Shown here: positions 1 to 13,000 of the stretch, one piece after another
Numbering within the stretch: the first letter of the stretch is position 1
How the letters are laid out: the number at the start of each line of letters is the position of its first letter
Origin: Priapulus caudatus
Taxonomy: Eukaryota
DNA: 64,000 bases
Reading direction: 5' to 3'
NCBI RefSeq assembly: GCF_000485595.1
Contig: NW_014577062.1
Location: 1,161,950 to 1,225,949 of the forward strand
Translations under genes and position numbers: made by a program
Notes under the pieces: model-generated
Databases searched by the model: none
What the model was told of the DNA's origin: nothing
What the model saw: only the letters and a program-made list of their open reading frames with translations

Positions 1-100
1 CCCCACCACCGCCACCACCACCACCACCACCACCACCGCCACCACCACCGTCACCGCCGCCGCCATCACCACCGCCACCGCCACCGCCGCCACCACCGCC
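1..100. repeat. (CCA/CCG)n trinucleotide repeat
   Basis: Seen directly. Confidence 0.9.
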
Positions 101-743
101 TTACCTGACACAAGCTTTCAACGGGCGCCTCTCGCCGCTAACGCGTGATATATAATATACGTTTACATTACGAACTCGTGAAACTTAAAAGCAGAAGCGC
201 TCTTATATGCACTAAAGAGGTTGGCCCCAGCCAGAATATCTGCCGACGCGAGGAGCGGACTAGAGACAACCTCGTCACGGACATCAAACGCAGTTACGAC
301 GCACGACTGCCATTACGGGGTGGCTCTAACACAACACCGTCCAACCGTTAAAGAAATCGAGCGAAGAAAAAATCGCTCGAGTTGCTCGGTTTCACGTTCG
401 GCCGAGCTGTCTATATGTATAGGCTCGTAACTTGTATCGTATATTTGCGGTGGCCGTAAAAAGTGACCGTTTCTTTTCATGTCGAGTTGGCAATTTGCTT
501 GGCGCGCCACGCGACCTGTAACTATAGCCGCCGTGAAGATCAAAGCGCAAATAGTGAACGCGGCAGAGTAATAAGCGGTAAAGCATAATAATGCGGCGCG
601 GATTTCGTTACACGGGAGAGATGTGTGGCTGTAACGAGACATCGTATGCTATTTGGTTGAAAGATTTGGAAGCAAGATTTACAGCGTTTACGGTTTTTTA
701 AATTTCGGGCAGTTGGAAAATACGAACGCACGTACGCGCGCAT

Positions 744-744
<1 letters not shown>

Positions 745-819
<75 letters not shown>
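745..819. repeat. (CA)n microsatellite
   Basis: Seen directly. A degenerate (GT/GC)n tract follows at ~885-1075. Confidence 0.95.
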
Positions 820-820
<1 letters not shown>

Positions 821-3399
821 AAATTACCAAATACACTTATGATAGCACAATATTATACATTATTTCTGAACGTATTTGTGCAGGCGTGCACGCGGGTGTA
901 CGTGTGTGTGGAAGTGGCGTGTAAGTGCGTGCGTGCGTGAGTGGCGTACACTTGCGTGCGTGTGTGTGTGCGTGCGTGCGTGCGTGTGTGTGTGTGCGTG
1001 TTTGTGTTCGAACGTGTGTGTGCGTTTGAACGTTTGTCTGTGTGCGTGCGTGTGTGCGTGCTTGCATGCGCGTGTGCCGGTGTGCATGAGAGCGGCAGTG
1101 GTGAGTTTTATTTATTTATGCTAGTATTGTCTATACTAGATTCATCACGCTGGATTTACCAACTACGTAAAATAGTCAGAAATGTTTCAACGTATTTTTT
1201 TGTTCGTACAGCACCTGTGAAGTTATTATATTATCGCTTGCTATTTGCACTTTTTAATAAACCTAATAACATTCACGATGCAAAACTGTGTATAACCCCG
1301 CATGGTATCGTAATAAACATCCTATAGTAAAAAGCCGGCCTATGTAAGTTGACAAGATCTGCAAACGCGTCCTGTAAATATTTTCCTGCTAGTACGCTAA
1401 TGCAACCCACGCTATAATCAATTTCATAGTGTAATATGTTGATACAAACATGGTAGGTAGGTAATATAAGCGTGAATTCGTGAAATTCAATTCATTGAGA
1501 AACTGATTTCAGTGTTAAATATCATCACATATGTGTGCTTGATGTTGCATGGTTAGGTATATATATATAATCTTTAATTGATAATAATTAAGATGATGAG
1601 AATGGTATTAGATATACTCAAATGAATGATAGATGCCCGCATAGTGGTCTTCTATGAGTAAAATAGTTTGATCTAAAGTATGTTACCTGTTATATAACTT
1701 ATACTGTTGGGGTGTGACGTTTATTCCTGTTACGACATTCTGTAATTTTATTATTGCTTGTAAACTCGACATTAATTACCGTTGGTGTTTGTTCACAAAC
1801 GTAAATTATTACCTATGTTGTATTTCTAAACGTGTGCATTTTGAATTACAACGGGTTTCCAAGTTCAGCTATAATACAGAAGATTATTGAAGGTATTCGC
1901 GAACTTTGAACAGGTGTAATAAATGCTACATTACTCTTATATTATCGTATATATATATATATATATATCGTATATCCCCTAACTGATGGGTAAACTGTAA
2001 CGATAGTCAACCGTGTACGCGAGCGCTGTCGTCCGTTGGATTATATTGTATAAACGATAAGTCTGTTATATTATATATTTGATTTAATTAGATGTCACCG
2101 CTGCATATAGCGAACGTCTACTATTCATGCTCGTGGCTGACAGCGCTTCTCCTCGTGGATACAAAAGGGAGGACGTCGTGTAGAGAAATCCAGGCGCTTG
2201 TCGAAAAAAACATTCACGGCACAGATGCAATGTAATACATATCATGTATTATATTCTATATGTATAGGCATTAGGCAGACGGGGTGTTTTGCCACAGGCT
2301 GCTGTATCCCGGGGCGAATTTGATGGACAAGAGATAACAGATTATATCTGTTGCTTCTGAAGAACGTTGGCAATTGTGTTCATTGCTCAGCGGTTAAAAT
2401 ATTGTAAATGTGTGATTAGGTGTACCGTTAATTTTAATGCGTGGTTTATTTAAGTTTACACGTGAGCTGTTGTGTAGTAGTAGGTCGTTTTGAACAAACA
2501 TTTTGAAACGCCAATGAAAAAGCAAAACCCACTTCGAAATATATATTATTGAAATTGATTTTAAATTTGCACATAGATGGTGACAAAGCATTTCATTACA
2601 ATAACTATCGGCATACTCCGGAACGCATTTGAAGCAGAATCACGCGGAATAGCGAATCACGCGGAATCAAGCAGAATCAGTCTATAACGAAAATCATGAT
2701 ATTGCCGATTTGCCCTCTCTGAAACACGTCCTATCGCAAGAGGCAAGTCTGTGCTAAGTTACGGTCACCACCGTATGTGCTAAAATACGACATTGAGTAC
2801 CACCCGACGCTCTGGCTGCCTAGCATTATTATCGTGCTCATTGCATTATTATGGTCTCGTGGTCGAACTAATTTCACTTCCATCTGATTCCAACGTATGT
2901 CCAAAACGTAAATATGCTTGTATTTAGTCGTTTATATCAAAATAAAGATGAAATGGCTAGAAATATTGTTGGAATGCTATTTCCAAAGTTATTATCGTTG
3001 GTAATTATTGTTGGCACGGTCTATTCTCTTATGTTCTAATAACGACACGTGGAGACGCCGGGGAGACGGCATTGGTTTCCTCCGCTCTCTAAGAGTGGCC
3101 CTGAATCACCGCATCAAAAGAAAGCTCTCACAAGAACAGAACTTTATGTGCAAGGTAACCCACATATGGGATATTTCTTCAGCTAGGTTTTATTGCCATA
3201 CCGAGACATGGCACGTCACGTCACTTTACAAATCGCCATGCGTTGCTGGCCGCCGATGCGTCACTGACACACTCACCGTTAGTATTATCCTGATGAACAT
3301 GCTGTTAAACAAGAATTACATACACGTCCATCATTGATCTCCTATAAACCCATGTACTTTATGAAAATGTGGAACAGGATATTTTTACCTCAGAAATGT

Positions 3400-3405
3400 T
3401 TTATT
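3400..3405 (-). terminator. Candidate poly(A) signal of UBE4A (AATAAA)
   Basis: Minus-strand AATAAA about 520 nt downstream of the stop codon. Confidence 0.35.
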
Positions 3406-3921
3406 ACAACACGACAAATCCTATAAAGCGGCACGTTCAGCAGTATTGATCATAAAATTTATCTGACCCACACCCATAGCAACACGCACGCATACCATAC
3501 CGCTATTTGTCCTCAGACTTTATAACTGTGCCTGCCCCGGTGAACACAATCCCACGTATTTACAACACCCCCCAATCAACTTGTTTGTCACTGCAGGCTT
3601 AGTGACTTCGGTGCAGTATCAGTCTACAACAGGCCGTGCGAATCAGTTTTGATGTACCGCCTGGAACATTCACTCGTTCCCTGCTATAGTAAGCATTGAA
3701 CGTTTATGCTGCTCAGTATGATACTTTCACTTCTGTCAAAAGCTCTATTTGATATCAGCACTTATTTACTACTACACCACGTAGCTGGTGCACTGTAGAA
3801 GTACGTTGGTGCAGCTATGCCACCACAGTTACCAAACAGGATTCAGCATATTATTCTTGAATAAATCACTCACTACTCGTGAACGTGAGTAAGATCGGGA
3901 CGTCATACCACGGCTACCCTG

Positions 3922-4057
3922 TCATGACTGCTGTTTCGAGTGCTGCTTCTGGTCCCTATGCGCCTGAATCCATTCATTGATCTGTTGCTTAAGCTGCTCA
4001 TTGGGAACGACCATCTCCATAGATAAAGGCTGCCGATTAAATGGATCCGACTGATCG
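3922..4057 (-). CDS. UBE4A: UBE4A terminal exon ([29 protein letters not shown]...QQS*)
   Basis: Acceptor AG, DPFNRxPL motif, TGA at 3924-3922. Confidence 0.93.
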
Positions 4058-7000
4058 CTGTGCGAAATCAACAAAAACAATATCGATTACACTGCCGATC
4101 AGATTAGCACTGATAATTATCATCACAACAAATGCTTAGATAAAATAACTGGACGTTTCCAACGATGTCCTATTCCAGTGCAGCAAAGAGCAGAACGTGA
4201 GAATCACACGCACGTTTTAGAGATCTGTCTACTCCAGCAAATGATTATGCACTCCATCGGCATTATGCACCCACCCCATCAGCACCCCCATAGACTCCTA
4301 CACTATCTTTGGTATGATAACAGAACAGCAAGGGCCAAGTTTGCGGCAGCTGGTGGGGGTCCTTACCTGAGGATGTGACGAGCGATGGTGGATCTGTCCA
4401 TGGTGTGGCCGGAAGTTGGCAGCAAGACAGGATCTCGCATGATGGTGCCGAGAATCGGGTCTAGGAACTCCTCGGGGGCCTCTTCCAGCAGCTCGTCCTC
4501 TGCCTGCTGCTTACTGGCCACCTCCTGAAGCAGCACGACGAACAGCAAGCGATTACATTACCGACCAGGGCAAGCATCGTTGTCTGCATGGTCACCTTGT
4601 GGTCATCTTTCTCGTGTGTACTGACACATGGGTGGGTGGGAAGTACAGACAAACGCCACCTTGGGGCATAGCATACACAATTGGCAATGTACAAACCACA
4701 GGCACTTGAAACGTTTCAATAAAATATAATGCTAAATAAATACGAAATCTAATACTAGTACTACAAAATTCTTAATGTTTCTATACTCTCTTTCACCTAT
4801 TATTGCCGACAGTTTCCTGTCAATTCCGTGTAAATGCTCTATGCACACACACTAATGCCGCCAATGCTCACTGTGCACAGTGACTGTTAATATATATTAG
4901 TGTAAGCGTGCAACAGTCGCGCCGCGAGAGCAGTGGCATCCGGCAGCGTACGTTGGACGTAGGATATGGACGGAATTTACAGGAAACTGTTGGCAATAAT
5001 AGGTGAAACAGAGTAGGCCTATAGACTATAGAAACATTCGTATTTAGTTAGCATTACATTTTATTGAAACGCTTCAAGTGCCTGTGGTACAAACGAACAA
5101 CTTTCACAAACCGACTGGTTTGTAAGTGTCTGCTTCAAGGTAGCTGCTCTTGTTTAAAAAAATTCCTAAAAATTACCACATTTACAAGAAATGTAGTTTA
5201 GTTAGACATGACAGTGCAACCGATTGTTCTAAAAGTTCAATAGCAAATGCCTAGAAATGTCATGATAATGAAATAAACCAATCAACCAAGTTGTTAATAC
5301 ATAGATGAACGCTCACACACAAATAAATATGGAGCTTTAGCAACAACTTAATATGGATACTCACTAACAAACAAAAACAGAGGCTCTGCAATAAAAAAAT
5401 CTTTACTTTGTATTGCTTTAACTGTAGCTAAAGCCTTTAGCTACAATTAAAGCAATACAACACTCTAGAATGTTAGGGTATATTATAATAGTAAGTGCTT
5501 AAATAATAGTATATACCTATAAATTTCTATAATCATGCATTCAGTTTTGTCATAAAACCACAGTGAGTTTCGAAATCTTTGGTTTTGGCTGCTGACAGGA
5601 CACCCCGCGATTGTGCTGCCATCCTGTCAAAGTTGCCATTTATTTTGCACATTACAGACTGAGGGCTAATGACAAAACTGCAATTATATTTATACCTAAC
5701 TGCTATTCAACTGAACGATATTTATGTTACGACAAATTCGTCAATATTATAACTGAATCTAAAAGTTGTTTATAAGATATTGCAATCCTCCTCTTATTTT
5801 AACAAGTGCCGCGGAGCGACAGCGCTCATCTAACGTCTACTGCGGTGACTCTGTGGTGGAGTGGTGGGATTCTAGTAAACCCTGTTAGTCCCAAATGTGT
5901 TCACATACACGCCGAAACAGTGGAATGCATTCAGGGATTGGTGTCTTCAGGTACTCTTCTCTTAAGGAATTTCGCTTTGGGATCTGTGATGTATGTTAAA
6001 GTTTGGCTCTACTTGTAGATGTTGCTGTCGTGTGGTTACGTTGTTTTATTTAGAGTGTGTGTTCTTGCTCGAGATTGTTATATATATATGATAGTTCTCT
6101 GCCTCGTTTACTAGTTATGCTGAACGAACTAAATTCAGAGAGTCAGAATATGGGTGATTGCACTGTCGATGGCCATTTTACCCTAGCGCAAGCCTATGCA
6201 GCTGCATATAGAGAGTCTGCCTACCTTAACCATTTTAACTGGACTAGGGGTGGTGCGGCCGGGCAAAAATTCTAACATCCGTACCTAGCCCCACCCACAT
6301 GCACTGGCAGTGCATACGTTCATCGTTAACATACATGACAACAGCATAGCTCATGTAGGTGCGAAATTATACCGATTTAAAGGAGGCATAAACCTGCTGC
6401 AATTGGGTCGGTGGAATACTTTATTGGCATTTTGAAATTTCACGTGGACAGTTGGTAGCCTTCTATTACAGTGTCGGCAGTGTCATGCTATTATTGATTT
6501 CTACTTAGCTGCAACGCAGGCGAGTCAAGATCTTTCAACAATATGTAAACAAATCCAGTTTAACCCTCCTCTGAGGTCAAAAGTTAGTCCGAGGCAGCTT
6601 ACCTCTTTCCATAGTTCAGCGAGAAGGTTACAGCTTTCATGTTCTGCTTCAATAAAGCCATATAAAATCTGAGGTCACCGCTGAAACATTAAAAAGTGTT
6701 TTCAAGTGTGTCGCCGTCAGAACCATGTCCTGACTAGATAATGTCTAAAATCTGCCGGCTGGTTGCCCATTGAACCGTTTGAACTCTGTGACCATTCCAA
6801 TTTCGGCAACAGTGACTGGCTTTGTTCTACCATGACTATACTACCGTTTGGACTATACGAGCCTGAGAGTGCGCCTGGCCGTTTATGAAATTTGATGCCG
6901 CAATTTCTGCATTTCCTCGTCCCATCACTTAACTAAGGAGTGGAATGCTCCCTCACTTCTTTTACACTCTCTTTGACCTTGACTCTTTGACCCCCGCTTC

Positions 7001-10000
7001 TTCGACAGTCGCATATTTCGTTTTGACAAATCCCGCCCTCGATTGGCGAATATCGTGACTGCGTATTACGTTACGTCGTGTCAAGATTTTGTGCTTCCAT
7101 CTGTTGACGGGATCGTACGTTGGCGACGGACGATCCATTGCTATTCTTCAGCTGCATCTGACTATTCGTTCTAGTATAGCTAATCAATAAGAAACATGCT
7201 CCCTCATCCTGGTGGCCTGCACCGAAAATTGTGATGCGCGAAACTTCTTGAAAGGCAGAAGGATATAGTATGCGCCACCGGTGTCGTTGTATACAACGAT
7301 ATCAGGCATCTATTTAAAACAATAAAAAAATGTTCCTAATAAAATATTGACACCAGTCGGAATTTTTTATGTAGCGTATCTTAGAACTTATTTTAACTGA
7401 AAATATGCAATGAACCTGGGGTCATTTAACCTTTTAAATGCGTCCACCTGGTAAGCTGCGAGGCTGAAATTCTCGGTCGCGTACATCGCCGGCTGGCCGG
7501 ATCTGGATGGAGCACGGTGGTGGCGGTGCGAGTGCTCCTGAAGCAGCGAGCGCCGAGTACGAGCGGGTTGTCGTTCGTCGAGACGAGTGTTTCCGCTTCG
7601 TCAAGGTAAGCTGCGCGCTCGGTCGCTTCGAGGGTGCACCCCGTGAGATCTTGGGCGAATGTGAGTCGACTGAGCGCCTGCGGGCTGTGACTCAACCTGC
7701 TTGAGTTCTTTCAGCCTTCAGGTTCCTGCTGTCTTGCTGGTTACCCGACCGCTTGGTGCGGTTCGGGAGAGAAGAAGACAGTTGAGACGCGGCATGGGAT
7801 GGTAGACGCCTTGACTGTTGGAGAGGGCGCGGCGGTGAGGGTGTAGAGGTTGAGGAGCGTTAGAAGCGCGCTAGACGGGTTAGAGGCGCGGTACGTTTAG
7901 AGGAAGGCCGGCGAGCGTTAACGGCGCGGACGTAAGGCGCGACGTTGAGAAGCTGCGGACGACGCTATGGGAGGGCCGGTTTACCGTTAGACCTGGCGGA
8001 CGTTTAGAGGCGGGTGTCGGACGTGAGAAGGCGCCGCATTTTAGAGTGGCGGTACGCTTCAATGGCGCGGCGGACGGGGTGTTAGAAGGCGCGGGCGCGA
8101 GGCGTGGTTTACGGAGTGCGCGGGAGTCGTGAGAGTCGCGAGAGCGGTTAGAGGTTCGCGGGACGGTGAGAGGCGCGGGTTTGTGGGCGGTGTGGGAGCG
8201 GGGTGGAGATGCTGCGGAGCGTTAGAGGCGCTGGACGTTTGAGGAGGGCGGGCGGACAGTTAGAGGCGCGCGACTCCATCACGTCGCGGCTGACGTTTAG
8301 ACTGCGGTGACGGTTTAGCCTAGGCGTCGGACGTGTAGAGGGTGGGCGCCGGGCCGGTGGTACGCGTGAGCGGTCCGCGGACGCTTAGGACGACGCGGTG
8401 TTACTTATAGGGTGCGGCTTACGTTTAGAATGGTCGTCTGACGTTTAGTACCCGCGCGCGCCAACGCTAGGACGTGTCGGGCTTACGTTAGCATCAGCGG
8501 CCGACGTTAGAGACGGCGCGACTCTGTAGACTGGTCGCCGATGGCGGGACGTGTACAGTACGGCGACGCGTTAGAGGCGGCGTGGGGTACGGTGTTAGAT
8601 GGCGCGACTGCTTTGATGGAAAGGAGACGCGCGGGGGACGTTAGAGTGGTCGCGGACGTTGACTGCGCGGGACGTTAGATGTCCGGCCGGGGACTTCAGA
8701 GAGCCGCGGTGGGTGTTAACGTTAGAGCGCGGATCGTTAGCGCGCATGGCGTTAGACGCGCATGGTGACGGTTAAGAGGCGTGCGTTAGCGTTGAGGCGC
8801 GTGACGTTAGACTCTGCGGTGGACTGCTAGACTGCGCGGACGTGTGAGGCACGCGGAACGTTAGACATCGGGCGGGGGTGGGTGGTGGGGTGGTGGGGGC
8901 GACCGTGTGTGACGGATGGGGCGCGGGGGGACGTTTATGAGGGCCGCGGACGTAGGATCGCCGCGTGACTGGTTGTAGACGGCGGCGGGTACGTTAGACT
9001 CGCGGGGGGGTTGACGTGTAGAGTGGCGCTTGGTGGTACGTTTAGAGTGGCACGCGCCGGTGGACGCTAGAGTGGCGGCGGGGACGCTTTAGACGCTCGT
9101 GGACTTTAGAGCGCGCCTGACCTTAGAAGCGGCTGATCTGCGCCTCGGTTAGATCGGCGTACGTTAGATGTTGCCGGTGACTGTTTAAATGCGCCGGGGT
9201 TGGACCGTTAGAGGCGGCGGGTGTCGGTACGGTTAGAGGCGGCGTACGTGGAGACGGCGCGACACGTTAGAGGCCACCTTGCGACGTCGTGAGATGCGGC
9301 GCGGATGCGTGGTTAGAGGCCGTCGGCCAGACGTTAGAGGGTCGCGTCTGGGGTGGGGACGTTAGAGGCGCGCGGTACTTTAAGCGGCGAATTAGACGAC
9401 GCGGGAGTTTAGGAGTGCGCGATAGCCGACGCAGACGGCTTAGACGTGCGGTACGTTAGAGCGCGGGACGCTAGAGCCGGGGACGTTAGATTTGCGCGCG
9501 ACGTGAGAGTGCGCGTGACGTTCAGGCCGCGCGGACGTTAGAGGGGCTCGGGTACGTTATTACGCGCGGTTACGTGGATGAAGGCGTCGGCACTCGTGAG
9601 AGGCGCGACGTTGATGTCGCGCGACGTTAGACGCGCGGCCTGAGAAGGCCGCGTGACGTTAGACGGCGCGACGTTAAGGAAAGCGCGGACGTGAGAGTGC
9701 GTTGCGGACCGTGAGAGGCCGGGCGTTATGAGCGCTGGGAGTGAGAGGCCGCGGACGTGCCGAGTCTCGGACGTTAGAGCGCGGACGGTGAGAGCCGTCG
9801 AGTTAGAGGNNNNNNNNNNCTGACTAATGGCAATTCCCATTTTTGCCAAAAAAATTGCCGTGGCTCGAAAGTACGTCGACTGGCGTGCTTCAAAATAGGA
9901 CGTTTAATATGGGAGCATAGCAGTAACAACTACACCCAATTTCAAACATGTGGGTCAAATGATTCCTGAGTTATCGTTGACCGTAGCGAAATGTTGACGG

Positions 10001-13000
10001 ACGGACGGACGGACGGACGTACGACGGACGACGACCCATGGCAATAGCTCAGCTTGACGATGTCAAGGTGAGCTAAAAATCTCAAAAGTACGAGACGCAT
10101 GTACAAAATTACTTATTATTAAAATCGCAATTAGGTCTAAGTATTTGATGGAAGACTGGTTGATCGGAATAAGATCGGACGGTACCTGAAGAGCCTCGTC
10201 CAGTAGGAAGATGGCGTCGTTGATGAGGAGGTTGACGAAGCGGAGGAACAGCGGAGAATCCGTCGCTTCAATGTTCTGCAACGCGTGGTCTGCCAGCTCC
10301 TACAGCAACAGCAACAGCACGAGATTCGCAAAGCTGGCGATGATACAGATGTGCGAACCTCGCGACCGCTCTCATCGCAACAATATTGAATTATGCCGAA
10401 CTGTTTGCGGCGGTCTGCTGTCACGATACATACTCTTGTTCTCTCAAACACGAATATGCCCCACGCGTACCAATGTGAACAACCCTATGTCAAGCCCACG
10501 GGAGCAGTCTTTCATCACCGCTTGCACGAGCCGCACCTTTATTCGTTGCTTATGCAAATCCAGCCCCCAGATATACTCGAGTGCGATGTACATCGGTCGC
10601 CGGTAGTTGAACTTGAGCTCAAACTGGACGGACTGTCCCGTCATCTCGATGCTCACAAACACGTGGAGCAGCGTCGCAGCTAGTTCACGGATGTGCGGGT
10701 GCGCCACAAACAGCTGCCGACGATTCAACCTAACGCAAGATGCCAAATAGCATGTGAAGTAGTAAACCCGGCTGAGGTCAGTTAGCGCAAAAGTATACCT
10801 CTTTAAAACACTCGCACACTTTAATTAAATTCGAATCTTTCAATACCTGTCGGAATGTAAGTCTACACATAGAACTGTATTTTAAGTGCAAAGTTATTGT
10901 GTCGAGAGCATTCAACACTATGAAAAAAAAAAACTTGCCAAATATAAGCTAATATGACCACCAAATGCTTTAATGAAGAACCGATTCATGCGTTTTTGTA
11001 CAATTGGTAGCGAGCAGTTGCAAGCAATTTTAATCGGGACATGGCAACTACAGGAAAACTTGTGGCACATTACATCTGTCATCAGCAAACTACTCACATT
11101 GACACCATGGTGAGCCGCTGGTCCTGATGTGGCATGAGTGCTTCTAGAGCCTCAGCTAGCTTGGCTCGCAGATGGGGGTTGCGCATTCTAGCCGGAGATC
11201 CCATGAACACCAGCGTCAATGTCATTAGGTGCTCCAATTGTGAACCCGCAGTCTGCAAGACAATGCAACGGCTTAGCCACTAACTATACACCACAACTTA
11301 CACGACACTTTGACACAAATGTACCTGACACGTTCCTTCACTATGACTGTGTTGAATCCATGAGTATATCCAAACCAGCGTCTGACAGGTGGTTACACAA
11401 CGTAGTGACCATTGAATGCAACTACCCTTTCAGGACAAGGCCACGATAAAAAACATGTATTATTTACAGTTTAACGTACCCAGCACTTTAGGGGGGCCTA
11501 CACCTTTAACTTACCTTCACTGCACACATAATCAATGAAGAAATGATAAAACACAATATCATTATATTGATTTGCAGTCTGGTTGTGCAATCTTTAAGCC
11601 AAATGTAACATGTTATAAATAAGAAAGCCATTGAAGGTAAGCTCTCATCTAGCGGGCGAAAACTCATCACGAACCACTTTTCCTAATTACCTGGAACATA
11701 TATAGTTATACGTAAAAAAATTTACAGTTTAACAAACCCAGAATTATTTTAGGGGGGCCTACACACTTAACTAACCTTCACTGCACACATAATCAACCAC
11801 TTTTCCTAATTACCTGGAACATGTCATCCTGAAATCGCCGCAGAAACGTCATGAAGTCGACGACGTTCTCCATCATGAACTCCGGTATGTTTTCCAGCGA
11901 CTCTGAACCTTCCTCAACCAAAGGGAACACCATCGGCTGGTAGTCCGCAGCACCAGGCCGGCTGCTTCCCAGATGATTCAGGAGCGTCGCCGTGGCAACG
12001 TGAAAATTGAGCGCCAGTTCAAGAGAGTGTGGCTCCAAGAGACCAGCTTTCATCGACAGAAAGCGAGTCATTCCTGCAAGCATGTCCTTAATGTGTTGGA
12101 CCAGAAGTAACAGTGGTCTGCGATCGTGGCAATGTCTACCGATTCCAGTAGGATGAAACATCATACGTTAAACATGTTTCAATTCTACATTTACTTACAA
12201 TTAATAAGAATATTTGATCAGATTTTGAAACGCAAGCATATACAACTAGGTACATAAAGTTGATAACAACATAAATGTCAGGTATGCGATTCCTAATAAA
12301 ATACCAAGGGCAAATATATGAAATTCAAAATGACACAAAAGGGGAGGTATATCTGGTTCATATATACACACGTATGAAGGCAGAACAGCAGATATATGTT
12401 TTACATAAATTAAGAATGGTAGGTCCATGAGCATCACATTGTACAGAAGAAGAAAGAATGTAAAGTTTATGTAAACTTCCACACGTTGTCTTTAGCTCTC
12501 ACCCTTATCCATGGCTTGGTGTATTCTCCGCACACTGTCGTTGCTATCTCCAGCCATGTCCCGTGCATCTTCCCATACCCTCTGTATCCGTCCCAGTTCC
12601 TGTGAAAGCTTCACTAGTTTTCCATGCACTACCTAGCAATAATAATTGCATGTGAAATAACAGTAATGTAAGAGGTGGTAGTTGCAGTAAGACCATTACG
12701 AGTAATAGCAGTAGTATTTATTACAACAGCAGCCGCACTGGTAATGTTAGTGTGTAACAATAACGATGCTTAGTAGTAACAATAAACATTGGGTAAAATT
12801 ATCTTAACCCAGAACATTGAATTGGTTTTGGAACCTAGCACACACAGGGGAATGGTTGATTTAACTAGAAATGGCAGTTGTCGCCAACTACATGTATCCC
12901 CCGTGATCTAGTATGAATGAAATATCTCCGTAAGGACGTACAAGGTAGGTTAAGTGAAATAAGTCACAAAGACAAAGATTTGTTACACAACTCATCTGCC

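Noticed and set aside
100..400. Minus-strand donor CAG|GTAAG at ~105, suggesting an exon of a gene left of the window
   Set aside because: No supportable reading frame or homology. It cannot be confirmed from this window.
4869..4882. CACTGTG-CACAGTG, identical to a V(D)J signal-joint heptamer fusion
   Set aside because: No nonamer at 12- or 23-bp spacing on the right side and nothing nonamer-like on the left. It is a short palindrome in the middle of a MITE.
7810..9809. TTAG-containing array as an interstitial telomere
   Set aside because: The unit is ~15 bp, not TTAGG or TTAGGG.
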